A stretch of 64,000 bases of DNA from Squalus acanthias. Its lineage: Eukaryota. The notes beneath the pieces are model-generated. The model did not search any database. It was given only the letters and a program-made list of their open reading frames with translations, and was not told the DNA's origin. The translations under genes were made by a program, and so were the position numbers. The stretch spans positions 186,372,001-186,436,000 of the forward strand of contig CM059427.1 of the NCBI GenBank assembly GCA_030390025.1, in the 5' to 3' direction. This document shows, piece after piece, positions 35,950-47,444 of this stretch (position 1 is the first letter of the stretch; each line of letters opens with the position of its first letter).

Positions 35950-38900
35950 AGTGCTTTGTGTAATAGGTAAAGATTTAATTTCAGCTACTTATCACTTAAA
36001 CTAGATCAAGTAATTAGTTATAAAACTAAACTATAAGCTAAGTTAAATAAATACATAAACTCTAATTAATCAAATAAATAATACAAGCTTATATAGGGAT
36101 GGCAGTGCAGTTGGTGCGCTACATTTGCAGCACGTGGTAGTTTGTGGAGAGCATCATGGTCCCGGACGACCACGTCTGCAGTAAGTGTCTGCATCTCAAG
36201 AAACCTCAGCTCAGCGTTGTTGAGCTGGAGTCTGAGGTGCAGACATTGCGGGGCATCAGGGAGGGGGATAGTTACCTGGACACTTTGATCCAAGAGGCAG
36301 TCACACCCCTTAGGTTAGGTAGTGGTACAGGTCTGGTTAGTGGTCAGGGACTGGAGGGTGTGACTGCGACTCAGGCAGGTAAGGGGACCGCAGGTGCAGT
36401 GCTGGAGGAGCGCGGTCTTTGCCCTTGTCCAACAGGTATGAGGTTCTTGCTGCCTGTTTGGACAAGGGCAGAGTCTGCCGGGTGGATGAGCAAACTGACC
36501 ACGGCAACGTGGTACAGGAGGCCATTCAAGAGGGATGAGTGAAAAGGAATGTAGTTGTGGTAGGGGACGGTATAGTCAGGGGGATAGATACTGTTCTTTG
36601 CTGCCGCAACCGGGAATTCTGAAGGCTGTGTTTCCTGCTCCGTGCCAGTTAAGGATATCTCCTCATAGCTGCAGAATAATTTGGAGTGGGAGGGGGAGGA
36701 TCCAGTTGTCGTGGTCCACGTAGGAACCAACGACATAGGTAGAACTAGGAATGAGGTTCTGCTGAGAGATTTTCAAGAGCTAGGGTCAAAATTAAAATGA
36801 AGAACCTCAAAGGTAATAATCTCTGGATTGTTACCAGAGCCACATGCAAATTGGCATAGGGACAAGCAGATCAGAGAGTTAAATGCATGGCTCAAAGAGT
36901 GGTGTGGGAGGAAGGGGCACTGGCACCAGTACTGGGGAAAGAGGGAGGTGTTCCGTTGGGATGGGCTCCACTTAACCTGGGCTGGGACCAGTGTCCTGGT
37001 GAATCAAAACACTAGGCCTGCAGATAGGGCTTTAAATTAAAAGGTGGGTGAGGGAGGGATCAGGTGAGGAGAAATTTAGAAATCTAAAGAGAAAAGTCAA
37101 GGCAATGGAGCAGTGTAGTGATTTGGGTAAAGATAAGCAGAGTGTGACAGGAAGGGACAGGGAGTTTAACAGTAATGGTGCATCAGTAAATAAGGTGAAA
37201 GCAGGGAATACTGGAAAAAAAGTTAACATTAAAGGCTCTTTATCTGAATGCACAGAGCATTTGTAACAAGATAGACAAATTAATGGCATAAATTGAGATA
37301 AATGGGTTTGATCTAATAGCCATTACAGAGACGTGGTTGCAAGGTGACCAAGGTTGGGAACTACATTTTCCAGAGTACTTGACGTTTCAAAAAGACAGGT
37401 GGAATGGAAAAGGAGGGAGGTAGCCCTGATAATAAATTATGACATAAGGACAGTAGTGAGAAAGGATCTTGGCTCGGAAGATCAGGAAGCAGAATCAGTA
37501 TGGGTGAAGATAAGAAATAATAAGAGGCAGAAAACACTGTGGGGAGTAGTTTATAGGCCCCCTAACAGTAGCTATACAGTTGGACAGAGTATTAATCAAC
37601 AAATAATAGGAGCTTGTAACAAAGGCAATGCAATAATTGTGGGGGACTTTAATCTTCATATAGACTGGGCAAATCAAATTGGCAAAGGTAGTCTGGAGGA
37701 CAAGTTCATGGAATGCATTCGAGACAGTTTCTGAGAACAATACATCATGGAACCAACCAGAGAACAGGCTATTTTTGATCTTGTATTGTGTAATGAGACA
37801 GGGTTCATTAGTAATATCATAGCAAAGGAACCTCTAGGGAAGACTGATCATAATATGTAGAATTGCATATTGGGTTTGAGAATGAAATACTTAAGTCAGA
37901 AACTAAAGTCTTAAACTTAAATAAAGCCAATTACAAAGGTATAAGGGGCACGTTGGCTAAGGTAGATTTGGAAATTAGATTAAAAGGTATGATGGTAGAT
38001 AAGCAGTGGCAATCATTTAAAGAAATATCCAAAATTCTCAATGGATATTCATTCCATTGAGAAATAAAAAGTCAAAGGGAAAAGTGATGCATCCGTGGCT
38101 AACTAAAGACGTTAAAGATAGTATTAGATTAAAAATAGAGGCTTATAATGTTGCGAAGAATAATAGTAAGCCTGAGGATTGGGAGAGCTTGAGAAACCAG
38201 CAAAGGATGACCAAAAAATTGATAAAAAGGGAGAAAATAGAATATGAGAGTAAACTAGCAAGAAATATAAAAACAGATTGTAAGAACTTCTACAAGTATG
38301 TAAAAAGGAAAAGAGTAGCAAAAGTAAGCATTGGTCCCTTAGAGGCTGAGACAGGAGAAATTATAATGGGGTTTAAGGAAATGGCAGAGACTTTAAACAA
38401 ATACTTTGTATCTGTCTTCACAGTAGAAGACACAAAAAGCATACCAAAAATAATGGGGAACCAAGTGGCAAATGAGAGTAAGGAACTTAAATGCTGGAAT
38501 CCATTATTAACGAAGTGGTAACAGGGCATTTAGAAAGTCATAATATGATTAGGCAGAGTCAACATGGTTTCATGAAAGGGAAATCATTTTTAACAAATTT
38601 ATTAGAGTTTTTTGAGGATGTAACTAGCAGGGTAGATAAAGGGGAACCAGTGGATGTAGTATATTTGGATTTCCAAAAGGCATTTTATAAGTTGCCACAT
38701 AAAAGGTTGCTACACAAGATAAAGGTTCATGGGCTTGGGGGTAATATATTAGCATGGATAGAGGATCGATTAATGGAGAGAAAACAGAGAGTAGGGATAA
38801 ACGGATCATTTACCGGTTGACAGGCTGTAACTAGTGGGGTACAGCAAGGCTCAGTGCTTGGGCCTCAGCCATTTACAATTTATATTAATGACTTAGATGA

Positions 38901-39440
38901 AGGGACCGAATGTAATGTATCCAAATTTGCTGAGGATACAAAGCTAGGTGGGAAGTAAGATGTGAGGAGGACACAAAGAGCCTGCAAAGGGATATAGACA
39001 GGTTAAGTGAGTGGACAATAATACACTCTCTGGATTTTGAAGAATGAGGGGTAATCTCATTGAAACATGCAAGATTTTGAGGGGGATTGACAGGGTAGAT
39101 GCTGAGAGGCTATTTCCCCTGGCTGGAGAGTCTAGAACTAGGGGGCATAGTCTCAGGATAAGAGGTCGACCATTTACGACTGAGATGAGGAGGAATTTCT
39201 TCACTGAGAGGTTTGTGAATCTTTGGAATTCTCTGCCCCAGAGGGCTGTGAATGCTGAGTCTTTGATTATATTCAAGACTCAGATAGATAGATTTTTGGA
39301 CTCTAGAGGAATCAAGGGATATGGCGGGAAAGTGGAGTTGAGGTCGAAGATGAGCCATGATCTTATTGAATGGTGGAGCAGGCTCGAGGGGTTGTATGGC
39401 CTACTCCAACTCCTAATTCTTATGTTCTTATGTTCTTAAC
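35950..39440 (+). mobile_element. Degenerate near-full-length CR1 (ORF1 zinc finger/esterase + ORF2 EN/RT) in a gene B intron
   Basis: HVCSKC, VVHVGTND and DGLHL ORF1 motifs; VYRPP, GDFN, LDFQKAF in ORF2; CR1 tail. Confidence 0.9.
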
Positions 39441-39865
39441 ATGAAAGGTGTGATATCAATGCAAGTTCCTTCATCACAAAGCACATAATCCAGGCAGACA
39501 CTTTAGTGCATTACTGAGGGAGTGCTGCACTGCCAAAGGGGCAGCACTGAGAGAGTGATGAACTGTTGGATGGGCAGTAGTGAGGGAGTGCTGCACTATC
39601 GGAGATGCAGTTCTGAGGGAATGCTGCGCTGTTGGAAGTGTCTTCTTTCGCACGAGACGTTAAACCAAGGCCCCGTCTGCCCTCTCAGGTGATTATAAAA
39701 GATCCCATGACACTATTCAAAGAAATGTTCTCCCCGGTGTCCTGGCCAATATTTATCAGTAAAAAACAGATGATCTGGTCATCACCACATTGCTGTTGGT
39801 GGGATCTTGCTGTGTGCAATGTAGACTATTACAGGCAATATAGAATAAAGGATGATCATACTTAC

Positions 39866-40159
39866 ATTGCACAGTTAGTGCTAGTGTCTGCTCTGATGAA
39901 ACAGTTGGATATCTGACTCTGCAGGTGAGCGTTTGTCTGTGGTGTTTGAGTGATGGGATCAGGGTCAGAACAGAAGTATATATCAGAGTGATGCCATGCT
40001 GAGTTACACTGTTTGAGATTGACCCGGGTACGTCAGCGGGATTGACCCAGGTTAAGTCAGGTGCTGTTCCAGAGCATGTGGTGTTGAAGGTGTAGCTTAC
40101 GTTCACACGCTTTCCTGCAATAATTTCAGCGGGGAATATCGTGGGTTTATCTGTGAAAT
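39866..40159 (-). pseudogene. Gene B, Siglec domain-2-type C2 exon (B-strand Cys appears replaced by Tyr)
   Basis: 294 nt; (D)FTDKPTIFPAEIIAGKRVNVSYTFNTTCSGTAPDLTW...SVLTLIPS...LTCRVRYP. Confidence 0.85.
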
Positions 40160-41373
40160 CTAACACAGAGAGAATGGATCCTTTTAGATGATTATAACGT
40201 CAAGCATCAGTTCAGATAGAAATCATAGTCCTGCAAGAGAAAGTACTTTTACAAGGATGATACCAGAACCGGTTACAATGATCAGGAAAGGCTGAATAGG
40301 CTGGGGCTCTGGTCTCTTGTAAAGAGAAGGCTGAGGAGTGACCTGATAGAGGCCTTTAATATTATGAAGGGATTGATAGATTAGACATAGAGAAGATGTT
40401 TCCACTTGTGGGGGTAGACAAGAACTAGTTGCGATCAATATATGATCATCACTAATAAATCTAATAGGGAATTCAGGAGAAACTTCTTTACCCAGAGAGT
40501 GATAAGAATGTGGAACTCGCGACCACATGGTTGAGGCAAAAAGCATTGTTGCATTTAAGTGGAAGCTAGATAAGCACATGAGGGAGAATAGAATAGCAGG
40601 ATATGTTGATGGGTTGAGATGAAATAGGGTGGGAGGAGGCTCGTGTGGAGCATAAACACCACACGGACCAGTTGTGCTGAATGGCCTGTTTCTGTGTGTA
40701 GACTCTGTGTAACTCTATGTAACACTGTGTAACTCTGTGTAACTATGTGTAACTCTGTGTGAGTATGTAAGTGAAAGTTGTTTCCTATTTTCAGGCTTGG
40801 TGGAGTGTTTGTCACTGTGCTTAATGCACTTTCTCTCCAAGTCCTTTGATTTGACAATACTGGGTGGGCGTGGATGAGCAGGTCACAGCTCGGGGAGCAC
40901 TGGAATGTCACTCTATCAGAGACCTGGTCATTTATCTCATTGCTGTTTGAGGGACCTTGCTGTGCGCAAATTGGCTGCTGCGATTCCTACATTGCAACAG
41001 TGACTACACTTCAAATGTACTTCATTGGCTATGAAATGCTTTGGGCTGTCCTGAGGTTATGAAAGGCACTATGGAAATGCAAGTTCTTTCTTTTGGTCCA
41101 TATGTAAGACTTTTAAACACTATTATAGAGATAGATGGGAGTCAGTAATTTGATAACATTGATGGACGCAGCCAAGACATTTAATCATTGGTCTTAAACT
41201 AAGTATTAGAGTTTGCTTTAGTATTGAACTGGAAGGTATCGGCAGGTTATTGATAATCAGACGCTGCGTTATAATAAGCTGTGTTTTGTGTTAATATGTA
41301 CCCCCCACAATTTATGTTATTTCCAATTGACAGTTGAATGTGATTTGTTGTGTAATTATAACACAGCACTTAC

Positions 41374-41742
41374 CAGAGCATGAAGTTGTGTTGCAGGGTA
41401 GTAGTTATGGCCCTTCCCATTGTCAAATTCTATTCTGAAAAAATAAGGTCCTGCATCTTGATGTGTGATGTCGTTTATAATCAGGGAGCAGTCGCCATCT
41501 TTCAGATCTCCGGACAGCCGAGTCCGATGGCGTAACCGTGGCGACTTGTGATTGTGATCCTTGGAGTGAAAGCCCAGGGAGCCCATGGTATCTCGTTCTC
41601 AGTATTAAACCAGACTCCACCTCACGGTTGGTTTGCCAGACATGATGGATAACTGTAATGACAGGGAATCTGCGCACAAGAACACCTTCCTGTGCTGTCA
41701 CATCTCGTGGACTGCCACCTTTCCACTCTTGTGACAATACAG
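41374..41742 (-). pseudogene. Gene B, V-set exon copy 1 (several frameshifts and a TGA)
   Basis: Fragments CAQIPCHYSYP and GDCSLIINDITHQDAGPYFFRIE lie in different frames. Confidence 0.88.
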
Positions 41743-42444
41743 CTGAGGAAAGAAATATCAATATTTAGCACTGGATGTCTTGTCGCTCTGCTAGACTCAA
41801 TATCCACCCCCTCCATCACTGGCTCACAGTGGCTGCACTGTGTATCATCTACAGGACAAATAAGGAACTCACCAAGGTTACATTGACAGCACCTCCCTCC
41901 CCTGCGACCTCTACTGCCCAGAAGGACAATACTGGGTGGGGGCAGAGGAGCAGGTCACAGCTTGGGGAGCACTGCCTTGTCACTTTCTTAGAGATCTGTT
42001 CATTTAGCTTACTGCTGTTTGTGGGTCTATGCTGTGCGCAAATTGGCTGCCGTGATTCCTACATTACAACAGTGACTACACTTCATATGTACTTCATTGG
42101 CTGTGAAGCACATTGGGAGGTCCTGAGGTCGTGAAAGGCGCTATAGCAATGTAAGTTCTTTCTTTTGCCGATATGTAAGCCTTTTAAACACTATCAGAGA
42201 GATAGGTGGGAGTCGACAATCTGATAACATTGATGGACACAGTCAAGACATTTAATCATTGATAATAAAGTGAGTATCAAAGGTTGCTTTAGGACTGAAC
42301 TGGAAGATATCGCCAGGTTATTGATCATCAGACGCTGCATTATAATAAGCTGTGTTTTGTGTTAATATGGAACCGCCACAGTTTATGATATTTCTCATTG
42401 ACTGTTGAATGTGAATTGCTGAGTCATTATAACACAGCACTTAC

Positions 42445-42807
42445 CAGAAACATGAAGCCGTGTTGCAGGGTAGTAGTTATGGCTCTCCCTGTTAAATTCT
42501 ATTCTGAAAAAATAAGGACCTGCATTTTGCTGTGTGATGTCGTTTATAATCAGGGAACAGTCGCCAGCTTTCAAATCGCCAGACAGCTGGGTCCGATGGC
42601 GTAACCGTGCCAACTCGCGATTGTGATTCTTGGAGTGAAAGGCTATAGATGATGATCTCCATTCCTCATTAGTAAACCAGACTCCATGTCGTATTTTTTT
42701 TACCAGACGCGATGGATAACTGTAATGACATGGAATCTATGCGCACAAACCTTGCTGTGCTGTCACATCTCGTGGACTGTCGCCTTTCCACTCTTGTGAC
42801 AATACAG
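42445..42807 (-). pseudogene. Gene B, V-set exon copy 2 (single in-frame TAG)
   Basis: 363 nt; AVLSQEWKGDSPRDVTAQQGLCA*IPCHYSYP...GVWF...DCSLIINDITQQNAGPYFFRIE; Siglec essential Arg present. Confidence 0.9.
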
Positions 42808-44999
42808 CTGAGGAGAGAAATATCAATATTTAGAACTGGATGTCTCTTGTCGCTCCAATAGACTCGACATCAAACCCCTTCATCACTGACGCACTGTGGC
42901 TGCAGTGTGTACTATCGACAGGACAAAAAAGGAACTCACCAAAGTTACATTGACAGCACCTTCCTCCCCTGAGACCTCTCCCAACCAGAAGGACAAAAGC
43001 AGCAATGTGATGGGATGCCCATCACCTCCAGGTCACACACCGTCCTACCTTGAACATATATCAAAATTCCTTCATCGTCACTGGGTCAATATCCTGGAAT
43101 TCTCTCCCTGAAAACATTGTGGGAGCACCTTCAGCACACGGACTGCAGTGGTTCAAGGAGAAGATCCACCACCACCATCTTCTTAGGGCAACTAGCGATG
43201 GGCGAGTACATCCAAGTATATTACATCTGCTACGCAACCTTATCTACTCCTTCTGTTAATTCTTCAAAGAATTCAATAAGGTTGGTCAAGCATGAAATAC
43301 ATTCTTTATTATATTTTTAGTTTCTAAATGTATTTCTATTTTTCTATTACAGCTTTGAATAAAGATTCCATTGCCTTTCCTACCCCCGATGTCAAGCTAA
43401 CTGGTCTATAGTTCCCTGGTCTTGTTCTATCTCCCTTTTTAAATAGAGGAATAACATTAATTGTCCGCCAGTCCTCTGGCACTATTCCCTTTTCTATTCA
43501 ATATATAATATAGTGTCTCTGCTATCTCTTCCCTAGCTTACTTTAGTATGTGCGGATGCAATCCATCCGGACCAGGGGCTTTATCCTCTCTAAGTTTGAC
43601 TAGTTTACTAATTAGTTCGTCCCCCCTTTCTATCTTAAATATCTTGATATCTTGTTTGATCTCTTCTTCTAATGTCCACCCTGTTAGTCTCCCTGGTAAA
43701 TCCTGAGGCAAAGTAATTCAAAAATGAATATAAAACATCGCACACCAAGATCTGTGATTGGGGAGGAGGACTGGGGAGGAGGGGTTGGGCAATCGGTATT
43801 ATGGTGAACCCACATATCGGACAGACTCCTGGTCACATTGCCTGTGGATCTTACATCCATCTGTGTTCATGCCTTTTCCTCAGCACACAACATTTCGGTA
43901 TGTGAAGACAATTCTTGACCCGACAGATGGCTCCATCAACCCAATGGATGGAAGGGAATCCTGGACACGGGAGTGGATAAGTTCATTCTATATTGGCTCA
44001 TGGACCTCAGGACCCTGTTTAGTGAAGCAAGTCTTTCATCCAACACAATGCCTAAATGGCGCACCAATTGAGATACATTCTGTGCTGACTTACAAGGCAG
44101 GAACAATGGATTAGGAGGCATCAGAATTCACACCATTTTCTCCATCATGAATCACTAACCAGCCTAACCTTCTTGTTTGCTCTTCAACCCAGCTGATTGC
44201 CTAAGGTGATTCAGTCTGCTTGGCGCACTTTGGATCCACATTGTCTAAGGAATCACTTTGGATCCTCATTGTCTAAGGGATTATTTTAGATCCAACAATA
44301 TTATTGTAGGTTGATTCCGACACAGCATTGTAGACTGACTTGTCCCCAAGCTCAGCACTAGCCCGATCGAGCAGACACTTTGAAGCACAGCAGCAGATCT
44401 CCTCTAGTCTCAGAGGTGTCAGAGGTGCAGCTGTGTTGAGTTCATGACTTTTACAGACAGTCTAACTGCGTATTTGTTAAAACTGAAGTGGGCCTCACAC
44501 TAAATGCTGATGCCAAACACCTCTTGTTCCCTGTTCTTCTGCAGTATTCATGATTTCAGCAGTGGGGAAAAAGCATTGCTAGTAAGGAACTTAAATCGCA
44601 GAATCATAGAATCTTTCAGGACAGAAGGAGGTCATTCGGCCCATCGGCCTGTGCCGGCTCTTTGAAGGAGCTATCCAATTATTCCCACTCACCCGCCTTT
44701 TCACCAAAGCCCTGCAATGTTTCCGCTTCAAGATTATATCAAATTCACTTTTGAAATCCCCGAGCTTTAGGGAGGGAATTCCAGAGCTTAGGGCCTAGGC
44801 AGCTGAAGGCACAGCCGCCACTGGTGGAGCGATGAAAATCAGGGATAAACAAGAGGCCAGAATTGGAGGAGCGCAGAGATCTGAGAGAGTTGTAGGGCTG
44901 AAGGAGGTTACAAAGATGGGGAGGTGGAGGGGTGGAGGAGGTAGGGGGGCGAGGCCATGGATGGATTTGAAGACAACATGGACAAATGAGCTGAATTCT

Positions 45000-47065
45000 A
45001 GAGGTGAGGTGAGAGTGACTGCCCTTGAAATTGTGTGGCATCAAGGAGCCCTAGTAAAATTGAAGTCAGTCGGAATCAGAGGAAAAACTCCACTGGCTAA
45101 AATCATACCTAGCCATATTCATCCCATATTTGCTTTCTTAGATAGGTACAAAGGAAGATGGTTCTGGTTGTTGGAGGCAAATCATCACGGCCCCAGGACA
45201 TCGCTGCAGGAGTTCCTCAGGGCAGTGTCCTAGGCCCAACCATCTTCAGCTGCTTCATCAATGAACTTTCCTCCATCATAAGGTCAGAAAAGTGGATGTT
45301 CGCTGATGATTGCACAGTGTTCAGTTCCATTCGCAACTCCTCAGATAATGAAGCAGTCCGTGCCCGCATGCAACAAGACCTGGACATCATTCAGGCTTGG
45401 GCTAATAAGTGTCAAGTAACATTCGTGCCACACAAGTGCCAGGCAATAACCATCTCCAACAAAGGAGAGTCTATCCACCGCCCCTTGAAATTCAATGGCA
45501 TTACCATCACCGAATCCCCCACCATCAATATCCTGGGGGTCACAATTGACCAGAAACTTAAATGGACCAGTCACGTAGATACTGTGGCTACAAGAGCAGG
45601 TCAGAGGCTGGGTAATCTGTGGCGAGTGACTCACCTCCTGAGTCCCCAAAACCTTTCACCATCTACAAGGCACAAGTAAGGAGTGTGATGGAATACTCTC
45701 CACTTGCCTAGATGAATTCCCCCGCCACACAGTACTGCTCCTCGATTATCAAAAAATCCATGACGAGACCTTGGACAACATGGACCACTTTCCATACCTC
45801 GGGAGCCTACTGTCAACAAGGGCAGACGTCGATGATGAAGTCCAACACCGCCTTCAGTGTGCCAGTGCAGCCTTCGGTCACCTGAGGAAGAGAGTGTTTG
45901 AAGACCAGGACCTCAAACCCAGCACCAAGCTTATGGTCTACAGAGCAGTAGTGATACCTGCACTCCTGTATGCCTCAGAGACATGGACCATGTACAGCAG
46001 GCACCTCAAAGCACGGGAGAGGTACCACCAACGCTGCCTCCGCATGATCCTGCAAATCCATTGGCAGGATAGGTGCATCAAGGTCAGTGTTCTCGCTCAG
46101 GCCAACATCCCCAGCATCGAAGCTTTGACCACGCTCGATCAGCTCCGATGGACGGGCCACATCCGCATGCCCGATACGAGATTCCCAAAACAATCGCTCT
46201 ACTTGGAGCTCCGACATGGCAAGAGAGCCCCAGGTGGGCAGAGGAACTGCTTCAAGGACATCCTCAAAGCCTCCTTGAAAAAGTGCAATATCCCCACCAA
46301 CACCTGGGAATCCCTGGCCCAAGACCGCACAAAGTGGAGGAGAAGCATCTAGGAAGGCGCCGAACACCTCGAGTCTCTTCGCTAGGAGCAAGCGGAAGCC
46401 AAGCGCAAACAGCGGAAGGAGCGCACGTCAACCCAAGAACCCCACCCACCCGCCCCTCCAACCACCGGCTGCCCCACCTGTGACAGAGACTGTAGGTCCC
46501 GCATTGGACTCATCAGTCACCTGAGAACTCATTTTTAGTGTGGAAGTAAGTCATCCTCAGTTCCGAGGGACTGCCTAAGAAGACGAAGAAGAAGAGGATG
46601 AGTTCAGCTCCAACAATACTCAAGAAACTCGACACCATGCAGGACAAAGCAGCCCGCTTGATTGGCACCCCATCCACCACCTTAAACATTCACTCCCTCT
46701 ATCACCAGCGCACCGTGGCTGCAGTGTGTACCATCTAAAGATGCAGTGCAGCAACTCGCCAAGGCTTCTTCGGCAGCACCTCCCAAACCCGCGACCTCTA
46801 CCACCTAGAAGGACAAGGGCAGCAGGCGAATGCAAACACCAACATCTCCAAGTTCCCCTCAAGTCACACCCCATCCTGACTTGGAAATATATTGACGTTC
46901 CTTCATCGTCGCTGATTCAAAATCCTGGAACTCCCTCCCTAACAGCACTGTGGGAGTACCTTCACCACATGGACTGCAGCGGTTCAAGAAGGCAGCTCAC
47001 CAGCACCTTGTCAAGGGCAATTAGGAATGGCCAGCAATGCCCACATCCCATGAATGAATAATAAA
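45000..47065 (+). mobile_element. CR1-clade LINE 3' fragment (same family as 17005-18908), interrupted by an RTE
   Basis: ORF 45158..45679 GVPQGSVLGP, MFADD; resumes at ~46597. Confidence 0.8.
45716..46596 (+). mobile_element. RTE (BovB-like) LINE 3' fragment
   Basis: FPYLGS...ASAAFG.LRKRVF...LLYASETW; C-terminal CPTC...SH..TH; (GAA)n tail; flanking gatga repeats. Confidence 0.85.
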
Positions 47066-47138
47066 AAAGCTGTCTGTCTCTGTACATTGTTGAATCGCTT
47101 TCAAATTAAGGTTAAAAAAGCCATGGGTAGACACTCAC

Positions 47139-47444
47139 CCTGCCCACTGACAGACTGTATTTCCAGCTGCATCTGTGATGGTGCGCGACCTCAAGAATTC
47201 GCCACAGAGCAGTTGATTGTCTCCATGGTCAAGTTGCTCCCACTGATGGTGAACGTGTTGGTTATCAAGGGTCCGGCCCTGGTGGACTGTGTCTCGTAGA
47301 TCCTGCCCAATCCAGTCACCCCGATAGCCCTTCCTGGCAGACACCACATGACCTCAACGGATGAGTTGGATTGGACGACTTAAAGGCAGGTCACGTTGGT
47401 CAGATACCGCGTGCATCTCAACTCCGACAGTATGACTGCACCAT
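47139..47444 (-). pseudogene. Orphan MAG-D5-like Ig pseudo-exon from a third, distant paralogue
   Basis: cttacag|ATGGT...CAGG|gtgagt, 306 nt: (Y)GAVILSELRCTRYLTNVTCL*VVQSNSS...ITNTFTISG...INCSVANS*G. Confidence 0.72.

Larger units (their letters stand above)
40857..43000. repeat. ~1.07-kb tandem duplication carrying the V-set exon
   Basis: aatactgggtggg...agcaggtcacagct starts at ~40857 and ~41928; flanking intron and SINE sequence duplicated. Confidence 0.85.

Noticed and set aside
43750-44150. Possible leader exon for gene B, or a coding fragment (ORF 43758..44114)
   Set aside because: A minus-strand GTAAGT near 44090 is not preceded by a convincing signal peptide, and the ORF has no recognisable motif.
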